Source: a virus
Lineage: Duplodnaviria; Caudoviricetes
Length of the DNA: 54,163 bases
Strand: one strand, 5' to 3'
IMG/VR virus record: IMGVR_UViG_3300021962_000139
Span: 1-54,163 of that record
The notes below the pieces were generated by a model, which saw nothing but the letters and a program-made list of their open reading frames with translations, was not told the origin of the DNA and searched no databases. Positions 21,026 to 30,355 of the stretch are shown here, piece by piece (the first letter of the stretch is position 1; each line of letters opens with the position of its first letter). A program made the translations under genes and the position numbers.

Positions 21026-22587
21026 TCACTAATCTCCTCACGATATAAGTCAACTAACTTAGTATGCAAATCTACTTTGCCACGTAGCATTGCATACATC
21101 CTCTTTTCAACATCAGAACCTTGTAGGTGAACCACCGTCATCTTGTTCTTTTGCCCTACTCTGTCCATCCTAGCAATACATTGCAAATAAACTTCTACTG
21201 ACATAACTGGAGACCAAAACACAACTACGTTTGCTCTAGTCAACGTTACACCATGAGAAGCTGATTGAGGTTGTATTACTAAAACTCTTGGTTCATCTGA
21301 CGATTGAAATCTAGTAATTATGGAAGCTCTATCTGTTGCAGAAATGCCACCATGTATTAATTCATTTGTAATACCATTATCTGTTAGAAACTCAGATACA
21401 AAATTAATAGTATGTCTATAAGGTACAAACACTAATATCTTATGTTCAGTTTCTTCTACTGTTTCTAATAACGCACTTAATCTAGGTTTGATATCAAATC
21501 TAACTGTTTCTTTTGTATCTGTATAAACTGCACCACCTGATATTTGTAACAGTTTATTTAGCCCAGCAGCTGCGTTAACAGCTGTAATTTGTTCACCACC
21601 TGTTTCAATAAGCATTTGGTTCTTTAACTGTCTATAGTATTTATTTGCTTGTGGTGTTAATTCTACTTCTCTTGTTTGATACATTACATCAGGTAAGTCT
21701 AGACATTCATCTTTAGAGTATCTGATTGCTGGTTGTAATGCTTTAAATACATCATTCTTTGCCGAAGGTCTAGGTAACCATTTAAATCTAGCAACTTGAT
21801 ACATGACCCGATCCCTCCATGCATTTTTAAATTTAGGAACCCGATGAGCACATACTAATCTAGCTAATCCAAATGCATCTATCGGGGATTGAGATGCAGG
21901 AGTACCTGTCATCATCCATAGTTTTGTAGAAGGTTTAATTATTTTATTTAATACTTTCCATCTTGTAGTAGCTGTAGATTTATATGCATTACATTCATCA
22001 ACTACAATTAAATCAAATTCTTTTCGTTCAATTAAGTCTTTAATAATAGCAACACCATCATAATTAATAATAGTAAAATCATAATTACTGTCTATAATTT
22101 TTTCTCTTTTGTCTCTTGTTCCATGACATACAATGGAAGTTCTATGCATACATGTATTAAATACATCAGCTTGCCATGCAGAATACATAATAGATAATGG
22201 GCATATTATTAATACTTTTTTAATTTTACCTTGTTTCATTAAGTAATCAGCCGCCCACAAAACAGACGAAGTTTTACCTGTACCTGCTTCATTGAAACAA
22301 AAAGCTTTTTGATTTATAGATAAGAATTCAGCAGTAACACGCTGGTGGTCAAAGGGTTTATATAAACCGGGCCAATCATAATCTCTTGTGATAGGTGAAG
22401 GTAAGTTTTTATTAAATTTTAAAAGCTGGTTAAGTCTAGTCATCTCATCTAGACCCCAGTAAATAGCTACTTCATATATGTCATTGTCTTTTTTAATCAA
22501 CTCACTTCGTTGAATATCATTTAAAACAATGTTTGCTGATTTTTCTTTTAATTTAATAGAAACTATTTTGTCATCAATTAATCTCAT
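21022..22587 (-). CDS. SNF2-family (SF2) helicase
   Basis: EAGTGKT, VVDEC, MTGTP, HGVTLT and QCIARMDRVGQ motifs. Confidence 0.9.
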   Translation of the reverse strand: MRLIDDKIVSIKLKEKSANIVLNDIQRSELIKKDNDIYEVAIYWGLDEMTRLNQLLKFNKNLPSPITRDYDWPGLYKPFDHQRVTAEFLSINQKAFCFNEAGTGKTSSVLWAADYLMKQGKIKKVLIICPLSIMYSAWQADVFNTCMHRTSIVCHGTRDKREKIIDSNYDFTIINYDGVAIIKDLIERKEFDLIVVDECNAYKSTATTRWKVLNKIIKPSTKLWMMTGTPASQSPIDAFGLARLVCAHRVPKFKNAWRDRVMYQVARFKWLPRPSAKNDVFKALQPAIRYSKDECLDLPDVMYQTREVELTPQANKYYRQLKNQMLIETGGEQITAVNAAAGLNKLLQISGGAVYTDTKETVRFDIKPRLSALLETVEETEHKILVFVPYRHTINFVSEFLTDNGITNELIHGGISATDRASIITRFQSSDEPRVLVIQPQSASHGVTLTRANVVVFWSPVMSVEVYLQCIARMDRVGQKNKMTVVHLQGSDVEKRMYAMLRGKVDLHTKLVDLYREEISE

Positions 22588-22616
22588 ACTTTGTATACCA
22601 ATAACATAACATTACT

Positions 22617-22644
22617 AGTATAACTTGTCTTAAAAGAAAGTCAA
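22617..22644 (-). promoter_or_regulatory. Sigma70-like promoter for the replication genes
   Basis: TTGACT-16 nt-TATACT on the minus strand, in the gap upstream of the helicase. Confidence 0.5.
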
Positions 22645-22654
22645 GCTTTATTTA

Positions 22655-22969
22655 CTATTTATTTTTAGATTCTTTTTTACTTATTTCAGAAACCAGTTTT
22701 CCTGATGAGTTTCTTTTGAATGAACGGTTTTTAGATTTAGACTGAATAGTCATACCGTTTTTATTTGATCCACCTTTAGATAATGCTTTACGATGAGCAA
22801 TATCTTTTCCTTCTCTCATATCAGCTTTACCATTACCATTTAAGTCTTTACCTTTTGCATCAACTTTACGACGAGCACGTTGACGTTCCATTCGATTAGA
22901 ATGTTCGCCTCTTGCTTTTTGTTGTTCGTATTCTTTTTTATAAGGTCTTTTCTTATTTACATATGGCAT
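22655..22969 (-). CDS. Short basic HNH-like endonuclease
   Basis: KDIAHRKALSKGGSN...SKSKNRS, a degenerate HNH pattern. Confidence 0.6.
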   Translation of the reverse strand: MPYVNKKRPYKKEYEQQKARGEHSNRMERQRARRKVDAKGKDLNGNGKADMREGKDIAHRKALSKGGSNKNGMTIQSKSKNRSFKRNSSGKLVSEISKKESKNK

Positions 22970-23390
22970 GATATGATACCCTCTTACACCAAGTTACAAA
23001 TTCTTCTACACTCAGGTCACCTCTAAAGTTATTGATTGCCCTACAGACTAACTGAATATTATCATAATTATACTCTTTTCCTGCATTAATTCTATCTATA
23101 CTTGCATTAGTTAATATGATAGTACCACGTTTATGTACACAGGTTAACTCAACTCCTGACAAAGCACACTTATAGTCTTGTTCTGCTATCTTGCCTATTA
23201 ATTGAGCAACGGTTAGATTTGACTCTTTTTTAGACAGTAAGTGTTTAAAATATCTTTCCCAATCATTGTTCTCTCTTTCATATCTAGCATTGACCCTATA
23301 AATAGAATTACATTCGGGAGAACAATTAAGATATTTTGGGTGGTAAGTTTCAAACTTTGTATTACATGTAACACAGTTTCTTTTAAACAT
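22953..23390 (-). CDS. HNH-like endonuclease with N-terminal Zn finger
   Basis: CxxC...CSPEC; CALSG; SIDRINAGKEYNYDNIQLVCRAINNFR. Confidence 0.75.
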   Translation of the reverse strand: MFKRNCVTCNTKFETYHPKYLNCSPECNSIYRVNARYERENNDWERYFKHLLSKKESNLTVAQLIGKIAEQDYKCALSGVELTCVHKRGTIILTNASIDRINAGKEYNYDNIQLVCRAINNFRGDLSVEEFVTWCKRVSYHAICK

Positions 23391-23965
23391 TATTTATTCC
23401 AAGTAGCTTCATACTCAGTAGATAATTTTGTTTTAGGTATTTTTTTAGCGTATATTAATTTAGGTATAGTCTCAACTCGTTCAGATTTCTGTGTCATTCC
23501 TTTTGGATGAGCTTTTGTACTTCCTGCAGTTTTACCTAAACAAACCCAATTATCTGCTTTATATAAAGTTCCTTTTCTATAATCTGTTTCTATTACAAAT
23601 GTTTCAAATCCGTGTGGAATTACGTTATATCTTTCCAACCAATCTTGAGCACATCTTTTTCTCCACATTGCTAAAACTCTAGTCGCTAAATTTGGAACGT
23701 GTACTTCTAATCTAAAAACAGTATTATTAATAATAGAAGGCAGTCCTTTTCTTTTATTCTCTTTTGTTAATCCAAAAAAATCATCTCTAGCTTTTACTGC
23801 CCATACTGAACTTGCACCACTAATAATACCAACAATATTATTATCTAATTTTATTTTATAATGCATTTGCTGTCCATGAGTTCCTTTATTAGGGATATAA
23901 TGTCTGTTTCTTATTTCTTGATATATAGAATCTGTGCGTTTACATTTAATTAATTCTAAATTCAA
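23390..23965 (-). CDS. DUF4338 / Druantia DruA-like (Mom/GNAT-related) protein
   Basis: HY, NN, PNLATRVLA, ETFV and GTLYKADNWVCLGKTAG motifs; TTG start. Confidence 0.65.
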   Translation of the reverse strand: MNLELIKCKRTDSIYQEIRNRHYIPNKGTHGQQMHYKIKLDNNIVGIISGASSVWAVKARDDFFGLTKENKRKGLPSIINNTVFRLEVHVPNLATRVLAMWRKRCAQDWLERYNVIPHGFETFVIETDYRKGTLYKADNWVCLGKTAGSTKAHPKGMTQKSERVETIPKLIYAKKIPKTKLSTEYEATWNK

Positions 23966-23968
23966 AAC

Positions 23969-24625
23969 TTAACCCCGATTAAACTCACAACTCTTTACTG
24001 GGCACCACTTACATAAGGGAGTAGGGTTAGCTTGCCAAACATCAGTTTCATAAGATACTTCTAATCTTTTTAAAGGTTGTTCAAACATATCCCAAGATTT
24101 ACTCATATCTTTTCTAAGATATTCTTCAGTGATAAAACTATTATGCATTATAAATAACAATCCTGCTTTTACTTTTTGTACATCAGGAAAATGAGTAAAC
24201 ACCATTAAAGACATTAATCTTAATTGTTTAGGGTCAGGGTATTTATTACTTCCTGTTTTGTAATCAATTATAAATGCATAAGGTCCATCAATTATTATTA
24301 AATCAGCTATACCTCTAACCCATCTATCAGAACTATCAAATTCACAAGGTCCTTTATCAAATGTAAGAGCCATTTCATATTCACAATATTTTTCACCGGG
24401 TATATTAATTAATGCATCAATTACTGATTTAAAACGTTGATAGTTTTTTGCCAACTCTATACCATCTCTTACATATTCTTCTAAAGCTTTATGTACTTCT
24501 TTACCATATATGGTGGCTTCTGTTTCTTTTGATTGATAATCTTTTAAAACTCTTAGGTGATGATATTGCTTAGGACAATTTTGATATTGTTTAAGTGATG
24601 AATAACTCCAAGTAAAATTAGCCAT
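23969..24625 (-). CDS. PD-(D/E)XK RecB/Cas4-like exonuclease
   Basis: SYSSLKQYQNCP, RGIADL, IIDYKTG and CKWCPVKSC motifs. Confidence 0.85.
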   Translation of the reverse strand: MANFTWSYSSLKQYQNCPKQYHHLRVLKDYQSKETEATIYGKEVHKALEEYVRDGIELAKNYQRFKSVIDALINIPGEKYCEYEMALTFDKGPCEFDSSDRWVRGIADLIIIDGPYAFIIDYKTGSNKYPDPKQLRLMSLMVFTHFPDVQKVKAGLLFIMHNSFITEEYLRKDMSKSWDMFEQPLKRLEVSYETDVWQANPTPLCKWCPVKSCEFNRG

Positions 24626-24846
24626 TATTTAGTTATCTCCACTTTTGATTCGGTTTCAATCCATACGTGTGCACCGCAGGACAAAGGTTTGTTAGGACTA
24701 TATACCACTTTAGAGTCCCCATGTATCTTTACTTCTTTAGCATAGGTATTTGATTTATATGTTTTAACTGTTAGCACAGGGTCTTCTACTTCGTTTTTTC
24801 GATTAGACTTTATGACATGCTGATTAACATGAATAATTGTCTTCAT
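24625..24846 (-). CDS. Conserved small phage protein
   Basis: IHVNQHVI...KPLSCGAHVWIET; coupled to its neighbours. Confidence 0.7.
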   Translation of the reverse strand: MKTIIHVNQHVIKSNRKNEVEDPVLTVKTYKSNTYAKEVKIHGDSKVVYSPNKPLSCGAHVWIETESKVEITK

Positions 24847-24992
24847 CGTCCTTGCCCACGATATTTTTTATAGGATGCTTTTTTATTCTTATTCATTGTT
24901 TGCATCTTAACTCGACGACCACCTTGCGATGTTCGTTTGTGCACGGGCGCGTGTGTTTTTATTCCTGATACTGATTGTTTTACTTTTGCCAT
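24843..24992 (-). CDS. Small basic phage protein (49 aa; not in the ORF track)
   Basis: MAKVKQSVSGIKTHAPVHKRTSQGGRRVKMQTMNKNKKASYKKYRGQGR; ATGA overlap with the next gene; the KKYRGQG ending is typical of aquatic phage proteins. Confidence 0.7.
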   Translation of the reverse strand: MAKVKQSVSGIKTHAPVHKRTSQGGRRVKMQTMNKNKKASYKKYRGQGR

Positions 24993-25060
24993 TTTTTCTT
25001 AGTTCCGTTTCTATTAAAGTAGTTATCATCAAATCTCATTTCTTTTCCTTTTCTTTTGGT

Positions 25061-25714
25061 TTACCAAAACACTTCCATTCTATTGTTACGTCGTATTAAA
25101 TGTCCTTGCATTGTGATTCTAAATTCATCAGGCACGTGTTCTTTAAATCCTGCTATTCTGTGTAATGTTCTACCATCATGCCATATCATTACTTTTTCTT
25201 TGTATGGTAAATAATAATGTCCTTTATCAATAGTATAGTCAATCCCTGCTCCTGATTTTGGTATCAGTATAGGGATAGTAAAAGTGCTTGCATCTACATC
25301 AGGAAGTCCTAAAGTCATGTGTGGATAATCTTGATGCCAATTACCTGCAATGGTTAAAAACTTTTCATGTGAAGGAAATATATGAAAACCTGGATAGCAT
25401 AAATCTTCAGCTAAAACAACATCTTCATTAAGTTCGTCTTGCAACGTTTGAAGGATTGTTTTATATAGACCTACAAAGTTATCATATAATAAAGCATTCA
25501 TTGCTTTTTGTCCTTCTTTATATTGAGCTGTTTGACCATCTAGATAAGCACTTCGACCTAATGTAAAAAATGGAAAGTCTTTTGATCTTGATACCCATTG
25601 ATCAGCTAACATAAATAATCTTCGTAAAACATTTGTTTTATCAAAAGCTAAAATGTGTTCACTACCGAAAGATTTATTAACAATCTCCATAGTTATCTGC
25701 ATATCCTCCCTCAC
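25061..25714 (-). CDS. 2OG-Fe(II) oxygenase-like protein
   Basis: HxD (WHQD), distal H (LHRI) and RITMQGH; the start may be a downstream Met. Confidence 0.7.
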   Translation of the reverse strand: MREDMQITMEIVNKSFGSEHILAFDKTNVLRRLFMLADQWVSRSKDFPFFTLGRSAYLDGQTAQYKEGQKAMNALLYDNFVGLYKTILQTLQDELNEDVVLAEDLCYPGFHIFPSHEKFLTIAGNWHQDYPHMTLGLPDVDASTFTIPILIPKSGAGIDYTIDKGHYYLPYKEKVMIWHDGRTLHRIAGFKEHVPDEFRITMQGHLIRRNNRMEVFW

Positions 25715-27542
25715 ATGATATTGGTAAGTCCTTACCCCATTCAGGCGGTTTTGACATTTCTTCCATTACAAAATTTAAGGCTTGTTCTGCTTCATGCTTG
25801 GCTGCGACGATAACAACTGCATCATGCACCGTTAGTACAGGCTTATACTTATCTGCTATTTTAATCATTTGTTCACCTATGACAATTCTAGCTAACGCTT
25901 GTACTACATTCTCTACTACTGAACCACCCCATATACTATTGACTCCGTACCTAGATTTATATACATACTTACCTTGTGCTTCTGATGTATCCCATCGTAA
26001 TTCAGGATAGTAAATATATAATCCATTAGGTAATCTTAATCCTTCTTCAGTAACAGCTATGCATTTATGTTTATCTAAATAATATTCTTCCCTATTATTC
26101 CAATTTGCAATAGCTTCTAATGCTTTATCACATTCTTTCCATAAGTCTATCACTTTATAATTAATATCACGATACATTTTTACTAAGTTTTGACACTCAA
26201 AATCTGATAAGTCAGCACCGGGTGGTGATGTAGATAATGTGTGTTGTAGCTTTTGCCACCCTGTACCATAGCCTAATCCTAAAACACAAGTTTTACCAAT
26301 GAATCGTTCTTTAGGTGTATCTTTGGAAACTTCTTTGTTGAATACTTTTGATGAAAATACTGAATAAACGTCGTCTCCTTTTCTAAATTGTTCAACTACA
26401 TCCTCTTGCCCAGCTAGCCATACAAGTATCCTAGCTTCAATCTGTGAAGAGTCTACGTTCATAATCACATGCCCTTCAGGTGGAACAATAGCTTGTTTAA
26501 GGGCTTTCTTTTTTGCGTCACGGCTTGGTAAGTTTTGAAAGTTAACCTTATCTAGTCCTGCCCATCTACCTGTGTGGGCACCATAGTATTTAAGTGGAAT
26601 AGGTAACTTATAATTATTTCTTCCCGCAATATCTATGAATCTTTCTATTCTTGATTCTTCCATTGTAGATTTTGTACCTAATCTGACCGAGCACAATTCT
26701 TGTATAAAAGAATCTTCATGTTCAGTCAACTCAATAAATCCTACATCATTTTTGGCTAGTGCATACGTTTCTTTACCTGTGGTTGGACTAATTTTTGTTG
26801 GTACATCTATACCAAGTTCCATTAATAATTCAGCAAACTGTTTATTACTTGCTAATTTTTTACGCACACATTCTTCATCTTCACATTCAAGTCTATGCAT
26901 CAATCCTAAAAGTAGTTTTGACTTTTCTTCTTTGACTTCCTCGAGCCGAGTTATTAAAATCCCATCATCTATTTCTAGGGTGGGTTCTGTATACATTTTT
27001 AAGGTAATGTCTATCAGTTTTAATTCTTTTATAGGAAAGTCTTGAGACAAAGTAATGAATAGTTTATGTGTAAGTTCTACATCGTTCTTACAATATTCAC
27101 CATATTGATGTAGCTCGTGGTCAGCAAAATCTTCTAGCCTTTTACCTTTTGCGTCTAATACTTCTGTACCTTTTACACCTAAATTATATCGTTCAGCAAG
27201 GGCTTTTAATGATCCCCCTGCATTGACACCATGTATAGCCCTAGCCATTGACAGGGTATCCAAGTATACGAATGGGTGTAGGTCAAATATCCAACTAAGA
27301 ATAGCTCCATCAAACAAAGTATTATGACAGAGTAACATTGAGTCTTTCCAGTTTATTTTACTAAGTTCTTCTTGTAACTCTTCGTGTGATCCTGTATACC
27401 ATTTAGTAGAGCCGTTGTTTATTTTTATTGCGTAGCCTATGACTTGGAATTGTTCTGATCTAATATATTCTTCAGTGGTTAATTTATTTAGTCCGTATCC
27501 CGTATCATAAAATGTCTCGAAGTCGAGCGTTACTATTTGCAT
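25677..27542 (-). CDS. polA: DNA polymerase family A with 3'-5' exonuclease domain
   Basis: LDFET; TGRW; motif A DSSQIEAR; motif B KTCVLGLGYG; motif C TVHD. Confidence 0.93.
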   Translation of the reverse strand: MQIVTLDFETFYDTGYGLNKLTTEEYIRSEQFQVIGYAIKINNGSTKWYTGSHEELQEELSKINWKDSMLLCHNTLFDGAILSWIFDLHPFVYLDTLSMARAIHGVNAGGSLKALAERYNLGVKGTEVLDAKGKRLEDFADHELHQYGEYCKNDVELTHKLFITLSQDFPIKELKLIDITLKMYTEPTLEIDDGILITRLEEVKEEKSKLLLGLMHRLECEDEECVRKKLASNKQFAELLMELGIDVPTKISPTTGKETYALAKNDVGFIELTEHEDSFIQELCSVRLGTKSTMEESRIERFIDIAGRNNYKLPIPLKYYGAHTGRWAGLDKVNFQNLPSRDAKKKALKQAIVPPEGHVIMNVDSSQIEARILVWLAGQEDVVEQFRKGDDVYSVFSSKVFNKEVSKDTPKERFIGKTCVLGLGYGTGWQKLQHTLSTSPPGADLSDFECQNLVKMYRDINYKVIDLWKECDKALEAIANWNNREEYYLDKHKCIAVTEEGLRLPNGLYIYYPELRWDTSEAQGKYVYKSRYGVNSIWGGSVVENVVQALARIVIGEQMIKIADKYKPVLTVHDAVVIVAAKHEAEQALNFVMEEMSKPPEWGKDLPISCEGGYADNYGDC

Positions 27543-27724
27543 CAGTGAGAGTTCTTTCCGTATTTTACATAATCAGATATAGTGGAAAGTATTCTTTCTG
27601 TTTCTTCTCGGCTCCACTTTCCTACGGGAAATCCAATCATATCTTCCTCTATTGAAATATCTGATTCTAAACCTAGTTTATTTACTATTTCTGTAAATAA
27701 TTTTATAAATTCATCTTCTGTCAT
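27542..27724 (-). CDS. Hypothetical protein
   Basis: ORF-track frame; start re-assigned to MTEDEF. Confidence 0.5.
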   Translation of the reverse strand: MTEDEFIKLFTEIVNKLGLESDISIEEDMIGFPVGKWSREETERILSTISDYVKYGKNSH

Positions 27725-27831
27725 TTTTGTTTTCTTTCTCTGCTTTGCAGTATCCATGTGCATCCATTGTAAATCCACACCACCACTTCTTTTTATCGTA
27801 GTACTTAGCGGGGTTAGAACATTTGTTACAT

Positions 27832-27972
27832 TTATTTCCTTGAGTTTTTAATGGCATGTGCTTCTCTTAATGTTCTTGGTGTTAATTGAATAGCGTTACA
27901 TGGTTGAAAAAAACGATATCCTTGTTTAAGATTTTTTTGCCAAATCTCCATTGTTTTTTTGCTGACGTTCAT
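27832..27972 (-). CDS. Hypothetical protein
   Basis: AGGAGAG RBS before MNVSKK. Confidence 0.55.
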   Translation of the reverse strand: MNVSKKTMEIWQKNLKQGYRFFQPCNAIQLTPRTLREAHAIKNSRK

Positions 27973-28147
27973 ACTCTCTCCTATCTTTCTTAATTTGTCT
28001 AATTCTTTTTTGTCGCTCTTCATTTGTTAGATACATCCAGTTAGATAAATCTTCGTAGGTTCTGAAACAACTTAAACATCGTGGTTCTCCATTAATTTCT
28101 TCATATCGGCAAATTGAATTGCATGGACTAACTATACCTTCAGTCAT
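27926..28147 (-). CDS. DUF1289-like Cys-rich protein
   Basis: SPCNSICR...CLSCFRTYEDLSNW. Confidence 0.75.
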   Translation of the reverse strand: MTEGIVSPCNSICRYEEINGEPRCLSCFRTYEDLSNWMYLTNEERQKRIRQIKKDRREYERQQKNNGDLAKKS

Positions 28148-28485
28148 TTAAAATTCTTTTTAGCCCATCTAACATAATAGCTATAGTGTTTATCACCAAA
28201 TGCATATTGATGTTTCTGCATCACAGACCACAAGAAAGAAGATAGTGATTTGCTATACATCTCTTGCTTATCCATAGATAATTTATTAAAGTCTTTTCCT
28301 GTTTTTGAACCACTACTTTGTGTTGCAATTAAATCTCTTTGATCTTCAGGTAATACTATTTTAACTATCGCTTTATTCTTTTCAAAATATTTATCTAGTT
28401 CCATAGTTCTTTTTTTAAATCTTTCCCTATAAATCTCGTTTTCCATATTATTAATATAATCTTTATATTTATCCATAAGTTTCAT
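28144..28485 (-). CDS. Hypothetical protein
   Basis: ORF with AAGGAG RBS. Confidence 0.65.
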   Translation of the reverse strand: MKLMDKYKDYINNMENEIYRERFKKRTMELDKYFEKNKAIVKIVLPEDQRDLIATQSSGSKTGKDFNKLSMDKQEMYSKSLSSFLWSVMQKHQYAFGDKHYSYYVRWAKKNFK

Positions 28486-28496
28486 AACTCTCTCCT

Positions 28497-28685
28497 TTAT
28501 TTATTAAATCGTTCTTGCTCATCTCGACAGTCTATACTGCACCATCTACGTTTGTCCTTGACTGGTTCACCACACCAAAGACATCGTCCTGTATCATTCT
28601 CTTTGATTTCTACATTAATTGTTCTCATAGTCATATCTAAAGATTTTTGTACTTGATCATTTGCTATATCTATTTCATCTGCCAT
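28497..28685 (-). CDS. DksA/TraR-like C4 zinc-finger protein
   Basis: MADEIDIAN (DxxDxA) plus CLWC...CSIDC. Confidence 0.75.
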   Translation of the reverse strand: MADEIDIANDQVQKSLDMTMRTINVEIKENDTGRCLWCGEPVKDKRRWCSIDCRDEQERFNK

Positions 28686-28974
28686 ATTTTTTATTACTTA
28701 ACATACCTAAACTACGTGTCCATTTATTATGACCGCTTTTTTTCTTTGCAGGCAAAGTAGTCACATCTTTATTTTTATCCATTAAATCTAATATATTACT
28801 TTGTATACCTGTTATTTTAGTAACTCTAAGTCTAGAATTTATATCAGGTTTTTCTTCTAACAGTTTTTTAACTATTAATACTTTTTCTTCATACGTTGTT
28901 TTTGGTCCTTTTTTATAAAAAGGAATATAATCTCTACCATGTGATTTTTGTTTTAATCTTTTCAAAATAAACAT
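28675..28974 (-). CDS. Hypothetical basic protein
   Basis: ORF with AGGAG RBS, coupled. Confidence 0.6.
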   Translation of the reverse strand: MFILKRLKQKSHGRDYIPFYKKGPKTTYEEKVLIVKKLLEEKPDINSRLRVTKITGIQSNILDLMDKNKDVTTLPAKKKSGHNKWTRSLGMLSNKKYGR

Positions 28975-29165
28975 TCTCCTACTATTTCTAATGATCGTTG
29001 ATATTCAGATTTAAAAGGTGGCTTATCAAGTTTTATAATAGTATTGTCTGGGTAAGTACCAATATACCACTTATAATCTTTGTCTGTCCACCTATATTTT
29101 TTTATAATGCTACCTTCAAAATCTAATAGTGCATGGGTAAACTCATTGCCGTTCTCGCATTTCAT
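28962..29165 (-). CDS. Hypothetical protein
   Basis: ORF in the early operon. Confidence 0.55.
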   Translation of the reverse strand: MKCENGNEFTHALLDFEGSIIKKYRWTDKDYKWYIGTYPDNTIIKLDKPPFKSEYQRSLEIVGECLF

Positions 29166-29183
29166 TGTTGTTGATACCAGTTC

Positions 29184-29444
29184 TTAGTCTTCACATTGAC
29201 TACCAACACAAAACTTTCCGTTAAGAATTTCTTTAGCCAAGTCATCGCTGACCATCTTGCGTTCCTCTTCTTCAATCTCGTGTTCTAAGTGTTCAATAAA
29301 TGCCTTGTTTTTAATCAACACATTTAATTCATCAATGATGTCTTGTGCTTCAGTTGCGTGTTCATCACCGATACTATGTTTATTTAAGACCTCAACATGA
29401 TTCTCGAGAAGTCTTTTCACTCGCATAAAAATATCATCACTCAT
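29184..29444 (-). CDS. Hypothetical acidic protein
   Basis: AGGAG RBS; ATGA coupling. Confidence 0.65.
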   Translation of the reverse strand: MSDDIFMRVKRLLENHVEVLNKHSIGDEHATEAQDIIDELNVLIKNKAFIEHLEHEIEEEERKMVSDDLAKEILNGKFCVGSQCED

Positions 29445-29680
29445 GATTTAATCTCCTGAATATATTTTTTAAGTTCTTTTGCATACCATTCAATCTTACC
29501 TGCATCTTGAATAGGATCATCTTTCAAGCCAATCCTAGAATTGTATTTGAATATGTTTCCTCGTAGATAACCTATGTATTCTTTAGGTGATAGCTTTGCT
29601 TTGATAAAGTCAATGGTTTCTATACCACCTGCCGTATAATGTGGTGGGTGATTTACCATATCATTTTTAATTTCTGACAC
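29441..29680 (-). CDS. DUF3310 family protein
   Basis: DMVNHPPHYTAGGIETIDFI...GNIFKY...KIEWY. Confidence 0.85.
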   Translation of the reverse strand: MSEIKNDMVNHPPHYTAGGIETIDFIKAKLSPKEYIGYLRGNIFKYNSRIGLKDDPIQDAGKIEWYAKELKKYIQEIKS

Positions 29681-29712
29681 GTTATTCCTTTTCTACCTGA
29701 CAGGGTGTCAGG

Positions 29713-30012
29713 TTACTTATTAATGGTTTGCTTACCCGTGATATATAATTCTAACATATTTATATTATGTTCGTCAATGACTATTGAAAGTCCGCCCGCA
29801 AAGCTAATATCATTTAGGTGTTTTAATTGAAGTAAGGTAGGTTTGTTTCCGTTGGCTTTACATTCTATTCCTATAAACTTACCCTGATAACATGCAATAA
29901 TATCAGGTATTCCGCTTGCACCATATCCACCCGTTGCAGGCATACAATGGTAACAACCTAGTTCATCTAATAGTTTCTTAACTCTTGTTTTAACTTTCTT
30001 TTCAGGTGTCAT
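29713..30012 (-). CDS. VRR-NUC / Holliday-junction resolvase-like nuclease
   Basis: TPEKKVK, GIPDII, IECKA and PTLLQ motifs. Confidence 0.85.
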   Translation of the reverse strand: MTPEKKVKTRVKKLLDELGCYHCMPATGGYGASGIPDIIACYQGKFIGIECKANGNKPTLLQLKHLNDISFAGGLSIVIDEHNINMLELYITGKQTINK

Positions 30013-30355
30013 TTTCTCCTAGTCCTAACAACGATAAAAATTCATTATGATGAATTATAACTATATAATAACTATCACTTGCTTTCCATGCTAAGTCAGG
30101 ATCTCCGCCATCTTCATGACAAATAAATAATTTACTAGGATCTAGCTGTTCATCAGAAATAGTATTATTAGATAATACATTTGCTACGGTAAGTTTAGAT
30201 GTAATAAAAGAAGGTAGAGTGGAAAGAGTATATATTCGCTTATTCTTTTTACCAATATGCACTATATAATCATCTCCACTCTTGTGAACGGGGACACGGA
30301 TATAATCCGTCATTTTGAAATGTGGTATAGGTTCTAGTTCGTGTTTAATTATCAT
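30002..30355 (-). CDS. Hypothetical protein
   Basis: Coupled ORF in the early operon. Confidence 0.6.
   Translation of the reverse strand: MIIKHELEPIPHFKMTDYIRVPVHKSGDDYIVHIGKKNKRIYTLSTLPSFITSKLTVANVLSNNTISDEQLDPSKLFICHEDGGDPDLAWKASDSYYIVIIHHNEFLSLLGLGENDT

Noticed and set aside
23969-24625. Cas4 indicating a CRISPR-Cas system
   Set aside because: Solo RecB/Cas4-like exonucleases are routine in phage replication modules; no array or other cas genes
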